Source: Polyangiales bacterium (lineage in GTDB: Bacteria; Myxococcota_A; Polyangia; Polyangiales; CBDCBC01). From it: a stretch of DNA of 64,000 nt. Location of the stretch: contig OZ243942.1 of NCBI GenBank assembly GCA_965214225.1, positions 2,583,779-2,647,778 of the forward strand, in the 5' to 3' direction. Shown piece by piece: positions 9,699-20,205 of this stretch (positions are counted from its first letter, which is position 1; every line of letters starts with the position of its first letter). Below the pieces are notes generated by a model. The model worked only from the letters and a program-made list of their open reading frames with translations, had not been told where the DNA came from and made no database searches. A program made the translations under genes and the position numbers.

Positions 9699-11940
9699 AG
9701 AGAAAAACACATCCGGCAGCGCGCTGGGTAGAATCGCCAAGCGGGCGAAGGATTCGGTTGCGCGACCGAAGAAGGGTGGCGCAGCGTCAAGAGCAGCCGC
9801 GTCCACCACACCAGCGCCGAAAGATACCCGGGCGTCAGATGAGGCGCCTCAGCAGCGACGTGGAAAGCCAAAGGGGCATTCTCAACAGCCATCAGCCTCA
9901 TCATCGAGCGCAGGGTCATCGAGCGCAGGGTCATCGAGCGCAGGGTCATCGAGCACAGGGTCATCGAGCACAGGGTCATCGAGCACAGGGTCATCGGACA
10001 CTGAAGTTACGCGCATAGAGGTTTCGGAGACGGATTCGAGGACGCTAGACCCATCCACCATCGGCGCAACGGACCTCCACCTGTTTGCCGAGGGGACGCA
10101 TACGCAGCTTTATAACAAGTTGGGTGCGCACATTGAGCGACGGGCTGGCAAATTAGGCGTGCGCTTTGCTGTATGGGCACCTAACGCAGAGAACGTCTCA
10201 GTTGTTGGAGACTTTAATGGCTGGGAGCGCGGTAAGCATGCGCTTTCCCCGCTCGAGGATTCGGGGGTGTGGCACGGCTTCGTGAAGGGCGTAGGTGTGG
10301 GAAACCTCTACAAGTACTTCATTAGAGGGCGTAGTGGTTTTGAAGGAGAGAAAGCAGATCCCTTTGGGTTTGCGCAAGAGCTACCTCCTCAAACCGCATC
10401 TGCAGTCACTGAGCTTAGCTACACCTGGGACGACGCTGCTTGGATGAAAAGTCGAGGAGAGCGCAACGCGTTGTCCTCTCCCATGTCGATTTACGAGGTG
10501 CACCTTGGATCGTGGATGCGTGTTTCTGACGAGGGATACCGGTCCTTGAGTTACCGCGAGCTTGGTGAGCGGCTGTCCGCGTATGTGAGGGAGCAGGGCT
10601 TCACGCACGTTGAGTTTCTTCCAGTGATGGAGCATCCGTTCTACGGCTCGTGGGGGTACCAAGTCACAGGTCACTTCGCGCCAACTGCCCGCTACGGAAG
10701 CCCGCATGAGTTCATGGAGCTGGTGGATGTGCTGCATCAGGCAGAGATAGGCGTGATCCTTGACTGGGTTCCCGCGCATTTCCCTAAGGATGCGCACGGC
10801 CTCGGTTACTTTGATGGGACGCATCTCTTCGAGCACGCTGACCCGCGTCAGGGACTGCATCCCGACTGGGACAGCCTAATCTATAACTACGACCGGCACG
10901 AGGTGCGAAGCTTTCTTCTGTCGAGCGCCACCTTTTGGCTCGATCGGTATCACATTGATGGCTTGCGTGTGGATGGTGTAGCTTCGATGCTCTACCTCGA
11001 CTACTCGCGTCGGGAGGGGGAGTGGATTCCGAATCAGCACGGTGGTCGGGAGAACCTCGGTGCGATTCAGCTGCTGCGCTCGCTCAACGAGTCTGTCTAC
11101 CGAGATTATCCTGACGTGCAGACCATCGCAGAGGAGTCGACAGCGTGGCCCATGGTCTCAAGGCCCACATACCTCGGCGGGTTGGGGTTTGGACTGAAGT
11201 GGGACATGGGCTGGATGCACGACACGCTGCAGTACTTCAGCAAAGAGCCTGTCTTTCGACGCTACCACCAGGGTGACCTAACCTTCCGGGCGCTGTACGC
11301 ATTTAATGAGAACTTTACCCTGCCTCTTTCGCACGATGAGGTAGTTCATGGGAAGGGTTCACTTCTGCAAAAAATGCCTGGTGATTTATGGCAAAAGTTT
11401 GCCAACCTCCGGCTTCTCTACGCCTACATGTTTGCATCCCCAGGAAAGAAACTGCTGTTTATGGGCGCGGAGTTTGCGCAGTGGAGCGAGTGGAATCACG
11501 ACGGCACCCTGGAGTGGCATCTTTTGGAGCAGCAATCACACGCTGGCATGCAGCGGCTGGTCCAGGAGCTCAATCGGATATACCGAGGCACCTCCGCACT
11601 TCATCAACTTGATTGCGACGGCGCAGGTTTCCAATGGGTGGATACAAGTGATAGTGACTCTAGCGTCCTGTCGTTTCTCAGGTTGGGCCAGAACGATGAG
11701 GCGCGTGTGCTTATCGTGTGCAACTTCACGCCTCTGCCGAGGCACAACTACCGCGTTGGAGTGGATTCGGACGGTTTCTGGCATGAAATACTCAACAGCG
11801 ACGCCGACGAATTTGGAGGAAGGGGTCACGGAAACTTGGGAGGCGTTGAGGCTGCTCCTGTTCCTTGGCATGGAAGACGGTGCTCACTAAACCTCACCTT
11901 GCCTCCCCTTTCAGCTATCTATTTATCAAGAGAAGATTGA
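9691..11940 (+). CDS. glgB: 1,4-alpha-glucan branching enzyme GlgB with low-complexity N-terminal extension
   Basis: Branching-enzyme core motifs ([53 protein letters not shown]). ATG 9691 chosen (MAEEKNTS), giving an 8-nt overlap with the malQ stop. The track start 9622 would overlap malQ by 77 nt. Confidence 0.9.
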   Translation: MAEEKNTSGSALGRIAKRAKDSVARPKKGGAASRAAASTTPAPKDTRASDEAPQQRRGKPKGHSQQPSASSSSAGSSSAGSSSAGSSSTGSSSTGSSSTGSSDTEVTRIEVSETDSRTLDPSTIGATDLHLFAEGTHTQLYNKLGAHIERRAGKLGVRFAVWAPNAENVSVVGDFNGWERGKHALSPLEDSGVWHGFVKGVGVGNLYKYFIRGRSGFEGEKADPFGFAQELPPQTASAVTELSYTWDDAAWMKSRGERNALSSPMSIYEVHLGSWMRVSDEGYRSLSYRELGERLSAYVREQGFTHVEFLPVMEHPFYGSWGYQVTGHFAPTARYGSPHEFMELVDVLHQAEIGVILDWVPAHFPKDAHGLGYFDGTHLFEHADPRQGLHPDWDSLIYNYDRHEVRSFLLSSATFWLDRYHIDGLRVDGVASMLYLDYSRREGEWIPNQHGGRENLGAIQLLRSLNESVYRDYPDVQTIAEESTAWPMVSRPTYLGGLGFGLKWDMGWMHDTLQYFSKEPVFRRYHQGDLTFRALYAFNENFTLPLSHDEVVHGKGSLLQKMPGDLWQKFANLRLLYAYMFASPGKKLLFMGAEFAQWSEWNHDGTLEWHLLEQQSHAGMQRLVQELNRIYRGTSALHQLDCDGAGFQWVDTSDSDSSVLSFLRLGQNDEARVLIVCNFTPLPRHNYRVGVDSDGFWHEILNSDADEFGGRGHGNLGGVEAAPVPWHGRRCSLNLTLPPLSAIYLSRED
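9901..9990 (+). repeat. 15-bp tandem array x6 inside the glgB N-terminal extension ([10 protein letters not shown] repeats)
   Basis: TCATCGAGCGCAGGG x3 followed by TCATCGAGCACAGGG x3, read directly. In frame (5 codons per unit). Confidence 0.95.
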
Positions 11941-11949
11941 GGATCCGTT

Positions 11950-13839
11950 ATGACGCGCGGTGATCAAGCTGCCTCCCGCAGTGGAGCGCCGGGTCTGATG
12001 ACAGTTAGTGGCGATCTGCGCACACCACGTCTAGGCGCGCTGCCTTCCGATGGTGCGTGTGACTTCTGTGTGTGGGCGCCCGACCAGGCCCAGGTGAATG
12101 TGCACTTCTGTGCCGATAAGCGCGAGGTTTCTCTTCAGCGCTACGCCCAGGGATACCACCGTGGCCGGGTTGAGCGCGTTCTCCCGGGCGCACGCTATTT
12201 CTACCGGCTCGCCGATGGAGCGCTGCGGCCTGACCCCGCCTCGCGCGCGCAGCCTGACGGGGTGCACGAAGCTTCCGAGGTCGTGGATCTCAGCTATCCA
12301 TGGACCGACAGACACTGGCACGGTCGCCCATTGTCGGCCTACGTGATCTACGAGCTTCACGTGGGCACATTTAGTAAGGACGGCACCTTCGAGGCGGTCA
12401 TTCCCCACCTTGAGTCGCTGCGTGACCTTGGTATCACCGCACTCGAGATCATGCCGGTCGCAGAGTTCGCCGGCTCTCGCAACTGGGGCTACGATGGCGT
12501 ATATCCGTTTGCTGCGCTAGCGGCTTACGGAGGCGCACGTGAACTGCAGCGACTTGTAGATGCCTGCCACGCGCACGACCTAGCTGTGTTGTTGGATGTG
12601 GTCTACAATCATCTTGGGCCGGAGGGCAACTACTTGCGCGAGTTCGGTCCCTACTTCACCGACACGTACGTTACGCCGTGGGGTGAGGCCTTGAACTTCG
12701 ACGGACCGCAGAATGAAGGGGTGCGGTCATTTTTCATTCAGAATGCCGCCTCCTGGATCACGGACTTTCATTTTGATGGTCTTCGACTGGACGCGGTGCA
12801 TGCCATCTTGGACCACTCAGCAACGCCCTTTCTAGAGGAGCTGGCCGAGGCGGTGCATGCGGCAGGTCGGCGGCAAGGCCGCGAGGTGGCAGTGATAGCG
12901 GAGTCGGATCAGAATGATCCCCGCACAGTGGCTGCTCCGCGGAGTGGTGGGCTTGGTATGGATGCGATGTGGTGTGATGACTTCCACCACGCGGCGCATG
13001 CTCTGCTGACGGGAGAGACAAATGGTTACTACTGCGACTACGGCAAGGTCTCGCATTTAGCAGCTGCCTGGCAGACTGGGATGACATACGGCGGAGAGTA
13101 TTCAGATTTTCGCAAGCGAAGGCACGGTCGGCGCAGCCAGGATTTGCAGCCGCACAACGTGGTCATCTGTACGCAGAACCACGACCAGATCGGCAACCGT
13201 CTCAGAGGCGACCGCCTTGCCGCGTCACTCGATCTAGAAAGTCTCAAGCTTGCCGCTGGTGTCACTATTCTGTCGCCCTTCGTTCCCTTGCTGTTTATGG
13301 GGGAGGAGTACGGAGAGACGGCGCCGTTTCAGTACTTTACGAGCCACTCAGATGCGGCCTTAGTGGAGGCTGTACGCAGGGGCCGTAAGGAAGAGTTCAG
13401 CAGCTTTGGTTGGACGGATGAGGTTCCCGATCCTCAAGCCGCGGTGACATTCGACTCATGCGTCTTGCGTCGCGATAAGAGGCACGAGGGAGCTCACGGC
13501 TTGCTCTACGACTTCTACCGCGACCTCTTGCTGTTGCGGCGGCAGCTCCATACGGCAGAACCGGACGAGGTCTTATGCTTTGAGCGCCAGCAAGTTCTTG
13601 CCATCCGCCGCGGCGGAATCGCCTGGATGATGTTCAACTTCTCGCAGCAGACCTCAGCCGTGACCGTGCCTATTCCCGAGGGCGATTGGCAACGGGCTCT
13701 GGCTTCGAGTGAGGAGCGGTGGGGTGGCGAGCATGAACCACCAGAAGCCTTCCTCTCTTCGAGTGGCGAGATCTCAGTGGCCATCTACCCCCGCGCATTT
13801 GTAGTATACATGCGCCCCGAGCTAAGCCTGGCTCCGTAA
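11950..13839 (+). CDS. treZ: Malto-oligosyltrehalose trehalohydrolase TreZ
   Basis: 629-aa ORF with motifs YELHVGTFS, NWGYDGVYPFA, LLDVVYNHLGPEGNY, GLRLDAVHAI and IAESDQND. Confidence 0.9.
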   Translation: MTRGDQAASRSGAPGLMTVSGDLRTPRLGALPSDGACDFCVWAPDQAQVNVHFCADKREVSLQRYAQGYHRGRVERVLPGARYFYRLADGALRPDPASRAQPDGVHEASEVVDLSYPWTDRHWHGRPLSAYVIYELHVGTFSKDGTFEAVIPHLESLRDLGITALEIMPVAEFAGSRNWGYDGVYPFAALAAYGGARELQRLVDACHAHDLAVLLDVVYNHLGPEGNYLREFGPYFTDTYVTPWGEALNFDGPQNEGVRSFFIQNAASWITDFHFDGLRLDAVHAILDHSATPFLEELAEAVHAAGRRQGREVAVIAESDQNDPRTVAAPRSGGLGMDAMWCDDFHHAAHALLTGETNGYYCDYGKVSHLAAAWQTGMTYGGEYSDFRKRRHGRRSQDLQPHNVVICTQNHDQIGNRLRGDRLAASLDLESLKLAAGVTILSPFVPLLFMGEEYGETAPFQYFTSHSDAALVEAVRRGRKEEFSSFGWTDEVPDPQAAVTFDSCVLRRDKRHEGAHGLLYDFYRDLLLLRRQLHTAEPDEVLCFERQQVLAIRRGGIAWMMFNFSQQTSAVTVPIPEGDWQRALASSEERWGGEHEPPEAFLSSSGEISVAIYPRAFVVYMRPELSLAP

Positions 13840-13892
13840 ATCATCGTTCTTGTCGTGTTGCTGCGCGACTTGTTCAGCCCTAGGGTAGCCTT

Positions 13893-16016
13893 ATGGAAAT
13901 CTGGCCCGGTGAACCTTATCCTCTTGGTGCGTCGTATGACGGTGCGGGAACGAACTTTGCGGTCTACTCGAGTGTGGCCGAGAGGGTTGAGCTTTGCCTC
14001 TTTGAGGAGGATGGCACCGAGACACGGGTCGACCTCCCAGAGGTCACGGCCTACATCTGGCACGGGTACTTACCGCATACCGGACCCGGACAACGCTATG
14101 GCTTTCGCGTGCATGGGCCGCACAACCCGAAGACAGGCGACAGATGTAGTGCGAGTAAACTACTAATCGACCCGTACGCAAAGTCGATTTCCAACTGTGT
14201 AGAGTGGAATGAGGCGCTATTCGACTATGACTTCGACGATCCGGAGGGGCCCCCCAACGCGCTAGATAGCGGTCCGTATGCGCCCAAGGGCGTGGTGGTC
14301 AGCCCCTACTTCGACTGGCGAGGGGATCAGCTTCTTCGAACCCCGTGGCATCAAACGATCATTTATGAGCTTAGCGTCAAAGGCTTCACTGCGCAGCATC
14401 CGGACCTCCCTCCGGAGCTGCGCGGCACGTACGCTGGTCTCGGACACCCTGCCGTCATCCAGTACCTTAAAGAGCTTGGCATCACCGCAGTGGAGCTCAT
14501 GCCCGTGCACGCCTTCATCCACGACGACGTGCTGCGAAAGCGCGGCCTGCGGAACTTCTGGGGCTACAACACACTCAGCTACTTCGCTCCGCATCATGAG
14601 TATGCGAGTCAGCAAGAGCCGGGCGCTTCGGTGCATGAGTTTCAGCAAATGGTGCGCGCCCTCCACGAGGCAGGCATTGAGGTCATTCTTGATGTTGTGT
14701 ACAACCACACCTGCGAAGGCTCCCACCTTGGGCCAACGCTAAGTTTCCGCGGGATCGACAACGCCGCCTACTACCGGCTCAGTGAAGAGGATCCCCGCTA
14801 CTATGTCGACTATACGGGCTGCGGGAACAGCCTCAACATGCAGACGCCGCACGTGCTCCAGCTGATCATGGACTCATTGCGATACTGGGTTCTCGAGATG
14901 CATGTGGACGGCTTCCGATTTGATCTAGCCTCTACGCTTGCCCGCGAGCTGCATGAGGTCAATCGGCTCTCCGCCTTCTTCGACCTGATCCAGCAGGATC
15001 CAGTGGTTAGTCAGGTCAAGCTTATTGCCGAGCCGTGGGACATCGGCGAGGGGGGCTACCAAGTCGGGAATTTCCCGCCACTGTGGTCGGAATGGAATGG
15101 GAAGTATCGGGACACCGTGCGGGACTTCTGGCGCGGCCAGGACCAGACGCTGGGCGAATTCGCTAGCCGCTTTACCGGAAGCTCTGACCTCTATGCTTCC
15201 AATGGGCGACGCCCCTTTGCCAGCATCAACTTCGTAACCTGTCACGACGGCTTCACCCTCAGGGATATGGTCTCGTACAACGAGAAACACAACGAGGCCA
15301 ACGGTGAAGGTAATAACGACGGTGAATCTCATAACAGGTCGTGGAACTGCGGCGTTGAAGGCGACACGGACGATGCAGGAATCCTGGAGCTGCGCGCGCG
15401 ACAGCAGCGAAACTTTCTCTCCACTCTGATGCTTTCGCAGGGCGTACCCATGATCCTCGCCGGCGACGAGATTGGCCGAAGCCAAGGGGGAAACAACAAC
15501 GCCTACTGCCAAGATAATGCGATCTCCTGGGTTAACTGGAGTGAAGCGGATCAAGCACTGCTGGAGTTCGCTAAGGGGCTGATTCGGATCAAAACGGAGC
15601 ATCCCGTTTTCTCCCGACGAAGGTGGTTTCAGGGCAAGTCCATTCGTGGCTCACAGTTCGCGGATATCCGCTGGTACCGTCCAGACGGCAAGGAAATGGG
15701 TAGAAAAGATTGGGACACAGGTTACGCCAAGACTGTGGCAGTGTACCTAAACGGGGAAGGACTGGCCGGAAGAGACAAGTACGGCCGGCTTATCTTGGAT
15801 GACGATTTCTACGTCATCTTTAACGCGCACTATGAGGAGTTGGACTTCCACCTTCCGAAACGTCTTCCCGGTCCATGGCAGCTGATGGTTGACACGCAGC
15901 TTGCCACCATGCCGGCATCCGCCGCTGTTGAGTCTGACACGCCCGCGCCGGCCGAGAAGGTGCATGCCGCGGCTCGCTCTGTCGTGCTGTTGCGGCATGA
16001 ACGAACGCGTAGCTGA
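13893..16016 (+). CDS. glgX: Glycogen debranching enzyme GlgX
   Basis: 707-aa ORF. N-terminus is MEIWPGEPYPLGASYDGAGTNFAVYS; motifs VILDVVYNHT, GFRFDLAS, LIAEPWD and FVTCHDGFTL. Confidence 0.9.
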   Translation: MEIWPGEPYPLGASYDGAGTNFAVYSSVAERVELCLFEEDGTETRVDLPEVTAYIWHGYLPHTGPGQRYGFRVHGPHNPKTGDRCSASKLLIDPYAKSISNCVEWNEALFDYDFDDPEGPPNALDSGPYAPKGVVVSPYFDWRGDQLLRTPWHQTIIYELSVKGFTAQHPDLPPELRGTYAGLGHPAVIQYLKELGITAVELMPVHAFIHDDVLRKRGLRNFWGYNTLSYFAPHHEYASQQEPGASVHEFQQMVRALHEAGIEVILDVVYNHTCEGSHLGPTLSFRGIDNAAYYRLSEEDPRYYVDYTGCGNSLNMQTPHVLQLIMDSLRYWVLEMHVDGFRFDLASTLARELHEVNRLSAFFDLIQQDPVVSQVKLIAEPWDIGEGGYQVGNFPPLWSEWNGKYRDTVRDFWRGQDQTLGEFASRFTGSSDLYASNGRRPFASINFVTCHDGFTLRDMVSYNEKHNEANGEGNNDGESHNRSWNCGVEGDTDDAGILELRARQQRNFLSTLMLSQGVPMILAGDEIGRSQGGNNNAYCQDNAISWVNWSEADQALLEFAKGLIRIKTEHPVFSRRRWFQGKSIRGSQFADIRWYRPDGKEMGRKDWDTGYAKTVAVYLNGEGLAGRDKYGRLILDDDFYVIFNAHYEELDFHLPKRLPGPWQLMVDTQLATMPASAAVESDTPAPAEKVHAAARSVVLLRHERTRS

Positions 16017-16045
16017 GTGCGCTCTGAAGAGTTCGTGGTAAGTGG

Positions 16046-18670
16046 GTGATCATGCCCAAAGAAGCTGAAGCGCCTTGTGCAACGTATCGGATCCAGCTCG
16101 CTGCATCCTTCGGATTTCGGTCCGTGGCGGCTCTTGCGCCCTATCTATCCGAACTGGGCGTCAGCCACGTTTATCTTTCCCCGGTTCTGCAAGCGGCTCC
16201 GGGAAGCACACATGGTTATGATGTTGCTAATCCGTCGCAGGTTAGCGCTGCACTTGGCGGCGAAGAAAACTTCGAACTTATGTGCCGCACTCTGCACGCT
16301 CATCAGCTCCGGGTGCTGCTCGACATTGTTCCGAACCACATGTCGGTGGCGCTTCCTGCCGCCAATCCCTGGTGGTGGGATGTTCTTGCTAACGGACGTC
16401 AAAGCGCCTTCGCAGCCTTCTTCGACATTGACTGGGACCATTCGGAGCCCGCAGAGGCTCGAGGCAAAGTGTTGCTCCCAATCCTGGGGGATGCTTACGC
16501 ACGGGTTCTTGAGGAGGGACACATTCGCCTTGCGTCGGGAGAGGCTGAGACACGGTTACAGGTGTACGACAAGGAGCTTCCGCTACGCGCCGGCAGTGTT
16601 GAAGAAGTTGCAGCCGAGAGCAAGAACCTTGTTTCTGGCTCGGACAAGCTAATTTCTGGCACCGACACGCACGCTCTTGACCCGGCACGTGCTGAAGTCA
16701 TAAAAGCTATCAACGAGAGTCAGCATGTTCTTCACCAATTGCTTGAGAAGCAGCACTACCGATTGGCGCACTATCGGGTAGCGCAGTCGGAACTCAACTA
16801 TCGAAGATTTTTCGATATCAACGAGCTGGTGGGAGTGCGGGTGGAAGATCAGCGCGTGTTTCAGCACACCCATCAGCGCATCGCGCAATGGGTGAATAGT
16901 GGAATGGTGCATGGCCTTCGGGTAGACCATCCGGACGGTCTGGCTGACCCGAAGGCGTACTTCCAAGGCCTTAGAGCGGCTGCTCCAGCAGATTATGTGG
17001 TGGCTGAGAAGATCCTAGAGCGCGGCGAAGCGCTGCCCTCCGATTGGGCCGTCGACGGCACCACCGGCTACGACTTCCTCGGGGTTGCGAACGCCTTATT
17101 CGTCTGGCCGGGTTCGGAGGACACGCTGTCCTGCTTCTACGACGAGTTCACGCAGGGCCATCGCGCCGAGGCTGGCTTTTCGCAGCTGGCGCGAGAAAAG
17201 AAGGAGTTTGCACTTCGTTCGCTTCTTTCCGCAGACGTTCACCGCGTTGTAAGGGTCCTTCGGTCTGCTTGTTATCAAAGCGTCCGGTGGCGTGATGTGA
17301 CTGCACCCGCGCTGCTAGACGCTTTGGTGCAAGTGATCACGCACCTGCCGGTGTACCGTACATACTTCCGGGCGGAAGAGGTGGCATCGACGAAGGAACG
17401 GGAACTACTTCGTGACGCTGTCAGTGCGGCTAGGCGCAGCCATCCTGAGCTCCAGGATGAAGCACTTTCCGCCATTGAGGAGCTACTCCTCAATCCGAAT
17501 CAAAGCCCCGAGAGCCGCCAGTTCCTCTCGCAGTTTCAGCAGGTCTCGGGGCCGGCCATGGCGAAGGGTCTTGAGGATACGGCGTTCTATTGCTTCAGCA
17601 GGCTGGCGTCCCTCAACGAGGTAGGTGGTGACCCCGCCCACTATGGACTGAGCCTCACCGAATGGCATCGCTTCTGTGAGGGTATGAGTGCCGACTGGCC
17701 ACAAACGATGACAGCCACTTCCACTCATGACACAAAGCGGAGCGAAGATGCGCGCATCCGTATCTCGTTGCTGTCCCAGTGCTCCCAGCGCTGGATTAGC
17801 TTCATTCGAGAGTGGGATCCGCGGCTCAGGGATGACGGTCGCTCTCATGGCTTTACGTCCCTTCTGGATGCCGAGACGGTGTACCTCTTCTACCAGATGT
17901 TGGTGGCAGCATGGCCCATCGATGAAGAGCGTCTGACGGCTTTCCTAATGAAGGCTGCTCGCGAGGCGAAGGTGCACAGCTCATGGCATCACCCGAATGC
18001 GGGTTACGAAGCGGCTCTTTCTGAGTTCTGTCAGCACACGCTGCGGCACAGCGAGTTCACGCATGCACTGCGACAGTTTTTAGCGCCTCTTGTCGACGCC
18101 GCTCACCGCGAGTCGTTGAGTCAGGTTATGCTCAAACTGACCTCACCGGGTGTACCTGATATTTACCAAGGAAATGAGCTCTGGGATTTCAGCCTGACGG
18201 ATCCAGATAATCGAAGACCCGTCGACTTTGACCTGAGGCGCCGGCTTCTGACGCAGACAAAGAGCATGTCGGCAGACGAGGTGATGGAGCAGGCCGGGGA
18301 GGGCGTGATCAAACTGTGGCTTACCCACCACGTGTTAAAACTGCGCATGAAGTACCCGCGTTCCTTCAATGAAAGAGGAAGTTATCGCGGGCTGGAGCTC
18401 GCTGGGGAAGGCGCTCAACTCGCTGGGGAAGGCGCCCAACTCGCTGGGGAAGGCGCTCAGAGTGTCGTTGCCTTCGCACGAGGCGAAAACATTGTGGTTA
18501 TGGTGCAACGGTTTACGCTTGCCGCGCCAATCGATGAATCGCTCATCCTTACCTTGCCAGCGGGGAGTTGGCGTAGTGCGCTCCACCAGTCGGAGAACGC
18601 TCTACGCGGCCAGGTGGGCGTGTTGAGGGCATGCGGTCCTCTTCCAGTGGCTGTACTGGTGCGCGACTGA
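16046..18670 (+). CDS. treY: Malto-oligosyltrehalose synthase TreY
   Basis: 874-aa ORF with motifs TYRIQL, LLDIVPNHM, GLRVDHPDGL and STHDTKRSED. Start is GTG 16046 or ATG 16052. Confidence 0.9.
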   Translation: MIMPKEAEAPCATYRIQLAASFGFRSVAALAPYLSELGVSHVYLSPVLQAAPGSTHGYDVANPSQVSAALGGEENFELMCRTLHAHQLRVLLDIVPNHMSVALPAANPWWWDVLANGRQSAFAAFFDIDWDHSEPAEARGKVLLPILGDAYARVLEEGHIRLASGEAETRLQVYDKELPLRAGSVEEVAAESKNLVSGSDKLISGTDTHALDPARAEVIKAINESQHVLHQLLEKQHYRLAHYRVAQSELNYRRFFDINELVGVRVEDQRVFQHTHQRIAQWVNSGMVHGLRVDHPDGLADPKAYFQGLRAAAPADYVVAEKILERGEALPSDWAVDGTTGYDFLGVANALFVWPGSEDTLSCFYDEFTQGHRAEAGFSQLAREKKEFALRSLLSADVHRVVRVLRSACYQSVRWRDVTAPALLDALVQVITHLPVYRTYFRAEEVASTKERELLRDAVSAARRSHPELQDEALSAIEELLLNPNQSPESRQFLSQFQQVSGPAMAKGLEDTAFYCFSRLASLNEVGGDPAHYGLSLTEWHRFCEGMSADWPQTMTATSTHDTKRSEDARIRISLLSQCSQRWISFIREWDPRLRDDGRSHGFTSLLDAETVYLFYQMLVAAWPIDEERLTAFLMKAAREAKVHSSWHHPNAGYEAALSEFCQHTLRHSEFTHALRQFLAPLVDAAHRESLSQVMLKLTSPGVPDIYQGNELWDFSLTDPDNRRPVDFDLRRRLLTQTKSMSADEVMEQAGEGVIKLWLTHHVLKLRMKYPRSFNERGSYRGLELAGEGAQLAGEGAQLAGEGAQSVVAFARGENIVVMVQRFTLAAPIDESLILTLPAGSWRSALHQSENALRGQVGVLRACGPLPVAVLVRD
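18398..18460 (+). repeat. 21-bp tandem array x3 inside treY (LAGEGAQ x3)
   Basis: CTCGCTGGGGAAGGCGC(T/C)CA(A/G) repeated three times, in frame. Confidence 0.95.
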
Positions 18671-18724
18671 GAGGAGCAGCGGGTGTAAACCATGAACGTG
18701 CCTCATCGCGTCCGGACCCGTTCC

Positions 18725-18898
18725 CAATGCTGTTCAGTTAGGCCACCGTTCGGCTTACGTCCGCGGGAAAAATCCTCACGTACCACGACGTACGCTGCGG
18801 TTTTTCTCTGTGGGCGCTGGGATCGCAGGAGCATTGCGACAAGAACTCCACGAAAACTGACTCAACTGAACAGCATTGTCATTAACTGATCAGCATTG
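18725..18898. mobile_element. MITE-like non-autonomous element, family A, copy 1 (174 bp)
   Basis: Left end CAATGCTGTTCAGTTA; the right end reverse-complements to CAATGCTGATCAGTTAA. Flanked by the direct duplication GACCCGTTC(C) at 18715-18724 and 18899-18908. A second 174-bp copy lies at 32722-32895 (15 mismatches by manual alignment). Confidence 0.7.
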
Positions 18899-19143
18899 GA
18901 CCCGTTCCCTAAACGCGGGCAAGCCGTAGGGCGCAGGTAGAATAGGGGAATGCCCATCGCGATCTGCGGTGGAGCTGTTCGGCTCTGGAACCGTAGTGGC
19001 TTGCAGCCCGTAGGCGTGCGGCTGTAGCAGACGCAAGTCCCCTTGCAGAGGCGCGGTTGTTGCAGACGCACCAATGGCCGGCGTGCTAATCTGCGCGCTC
19101 ACCGGCGTGGAGCCGAGGGAGCATCAGGGACAGGAGATACGTA

Positions 19144-20037
19144 ATGTACAAAGTGCTCATCAGCGGCCAGCGAGGTCTGATCGGCACGGCTTTGGCGGAC
19201 GCACTTCGCCGTCAGGGCGCCCAGATAGTCGCTCTCACTCGCAAGCGTCGGGAGCCTTCCGACATTGAGTGGAATCCCACCGAAGACCGGATTGAGGTCG
19301 AGGCACTAAGGCAGTCGGGCTGCAATGTCGTCGTCCATCTCGCCGGAGAGAGTGTAGTTGGCCGCTGGAACTCACAGAAGAAGCAGAGCATTTACCAAAG
19401 CCGTGTGGAGGGCACGCGGCTTCTCGTCCGAGGAATGCGGGAGGCCGGCATGACTCCAAGCGTCTTCGTTTGCAGCTCTGCAGTCGGGATATACGGCGAC
19501 CGCGGCGATGAACAGCTGGATGAAAGCAGCGTAAGAGGAACAGGCTTCCTCGCAGAGGTAGCGGCGGATTGGGAAGCGGAGGCCGACCGCGCGCAGGACG
19601 TCGCGCAGCGCGTGGTCAAGCTGAGGACAGGTATCGTGCTCTCCAGGAAGGGGGGGGCGCTGACGAAGATGCTTCCCGCCTTCCGTTTGGGGCTCGGCGG
19701 ACGGTTAGGAACAGGTCAGCAGTGGATGAGCTGGGTCCATTTGGACGACCTTGTCGGCATCATCCTGCACAGCCTCAAAGCGGAAGAGGTGAGAGGGCCG
19801 GTCAACGGAACCGCGCCAGAACCGGTGCGCAACGAAGAGTTTACTCGCCTGCTCGCCCGTGCGCTTCATCGGCCTGCGCTACTGCCCGTTCCTCGAGCCG
19901 CTGCCAAGTTAGTGCTGGGTGAGTTTGCCGACGAGGCTCTCGTGGCAAGCATGCGTGTGCTTCCTGCAGCCGCTTTGCGCTCTGGTTATGCCTTCCGCTA
20001 TGCGCGGCTGCAAGAAGCGTTTGCGTCGCTCGTCTAG
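19144..20037 (+). CDS. TIGR01777/YfcH-type epimerase family protein (SDR fold plus DUF1731-like C-terminus)
   Basis: 297-aa ORF with an N-terminal Rossmann motif (VLISGQRGLIGTAL) and a C-terminus (GYAFRYARLQEAFASL) typical of this family. Confidence 0.8.
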   Translation: MYKVLISGQRGLIGTALADALRRQGAQIVALTRKRREPSDIEWNPTEDRIEVEALRQSGCNVVVHLAGESVVGRWNSQKKQSIYQSRVEGTRLLVRGMREAGMTPSVFVCSSAVGIYGDRGDEQLDESSVRGTGFLAEVAADWEAEADRAQDVAQRVVKLRTGIVLSRKGGALTKMLPAFRLGLGGRLGTGQQWMSWVHLDDLVGIILHSLKAEEVRGPVNGTAPEPVRNEEFTRLLARALHRPALLPVPRAAAKLVLGEFADEALVASMRVLPAAALRSGYAFRYARLQEAFASLV

Positions 20038-20205
20038 CGGGCCTGATTCTAACGGTTTTGCCCGCCGGCAGACACGGTGTCTTCTTTCTGCTCGGACGTA
20101 CAGCGCGTCCACGCCTAGTGCTGTTGGTGGAGTGGCCCCTGCTCCGGTTGAACGGCCTTGGAGTGGGCACGCGTTGACCGATGGAGCAGGGTACACCGCA
20201 TAAGA

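Noticed and set aside
18814-18857. The shared module as a hammerhead-type ribozyme (GAAA and TGATGAG-like strings, especially at 61911-61927) or as an orphan CRISPR repeat ending in GTGAAAC.
   Set aside because: The CUGAUGA core is not conserved between copies (CGACGAG in most). No helix I/III partners are evident. Copies are solitary rather than arrayed with spacers.
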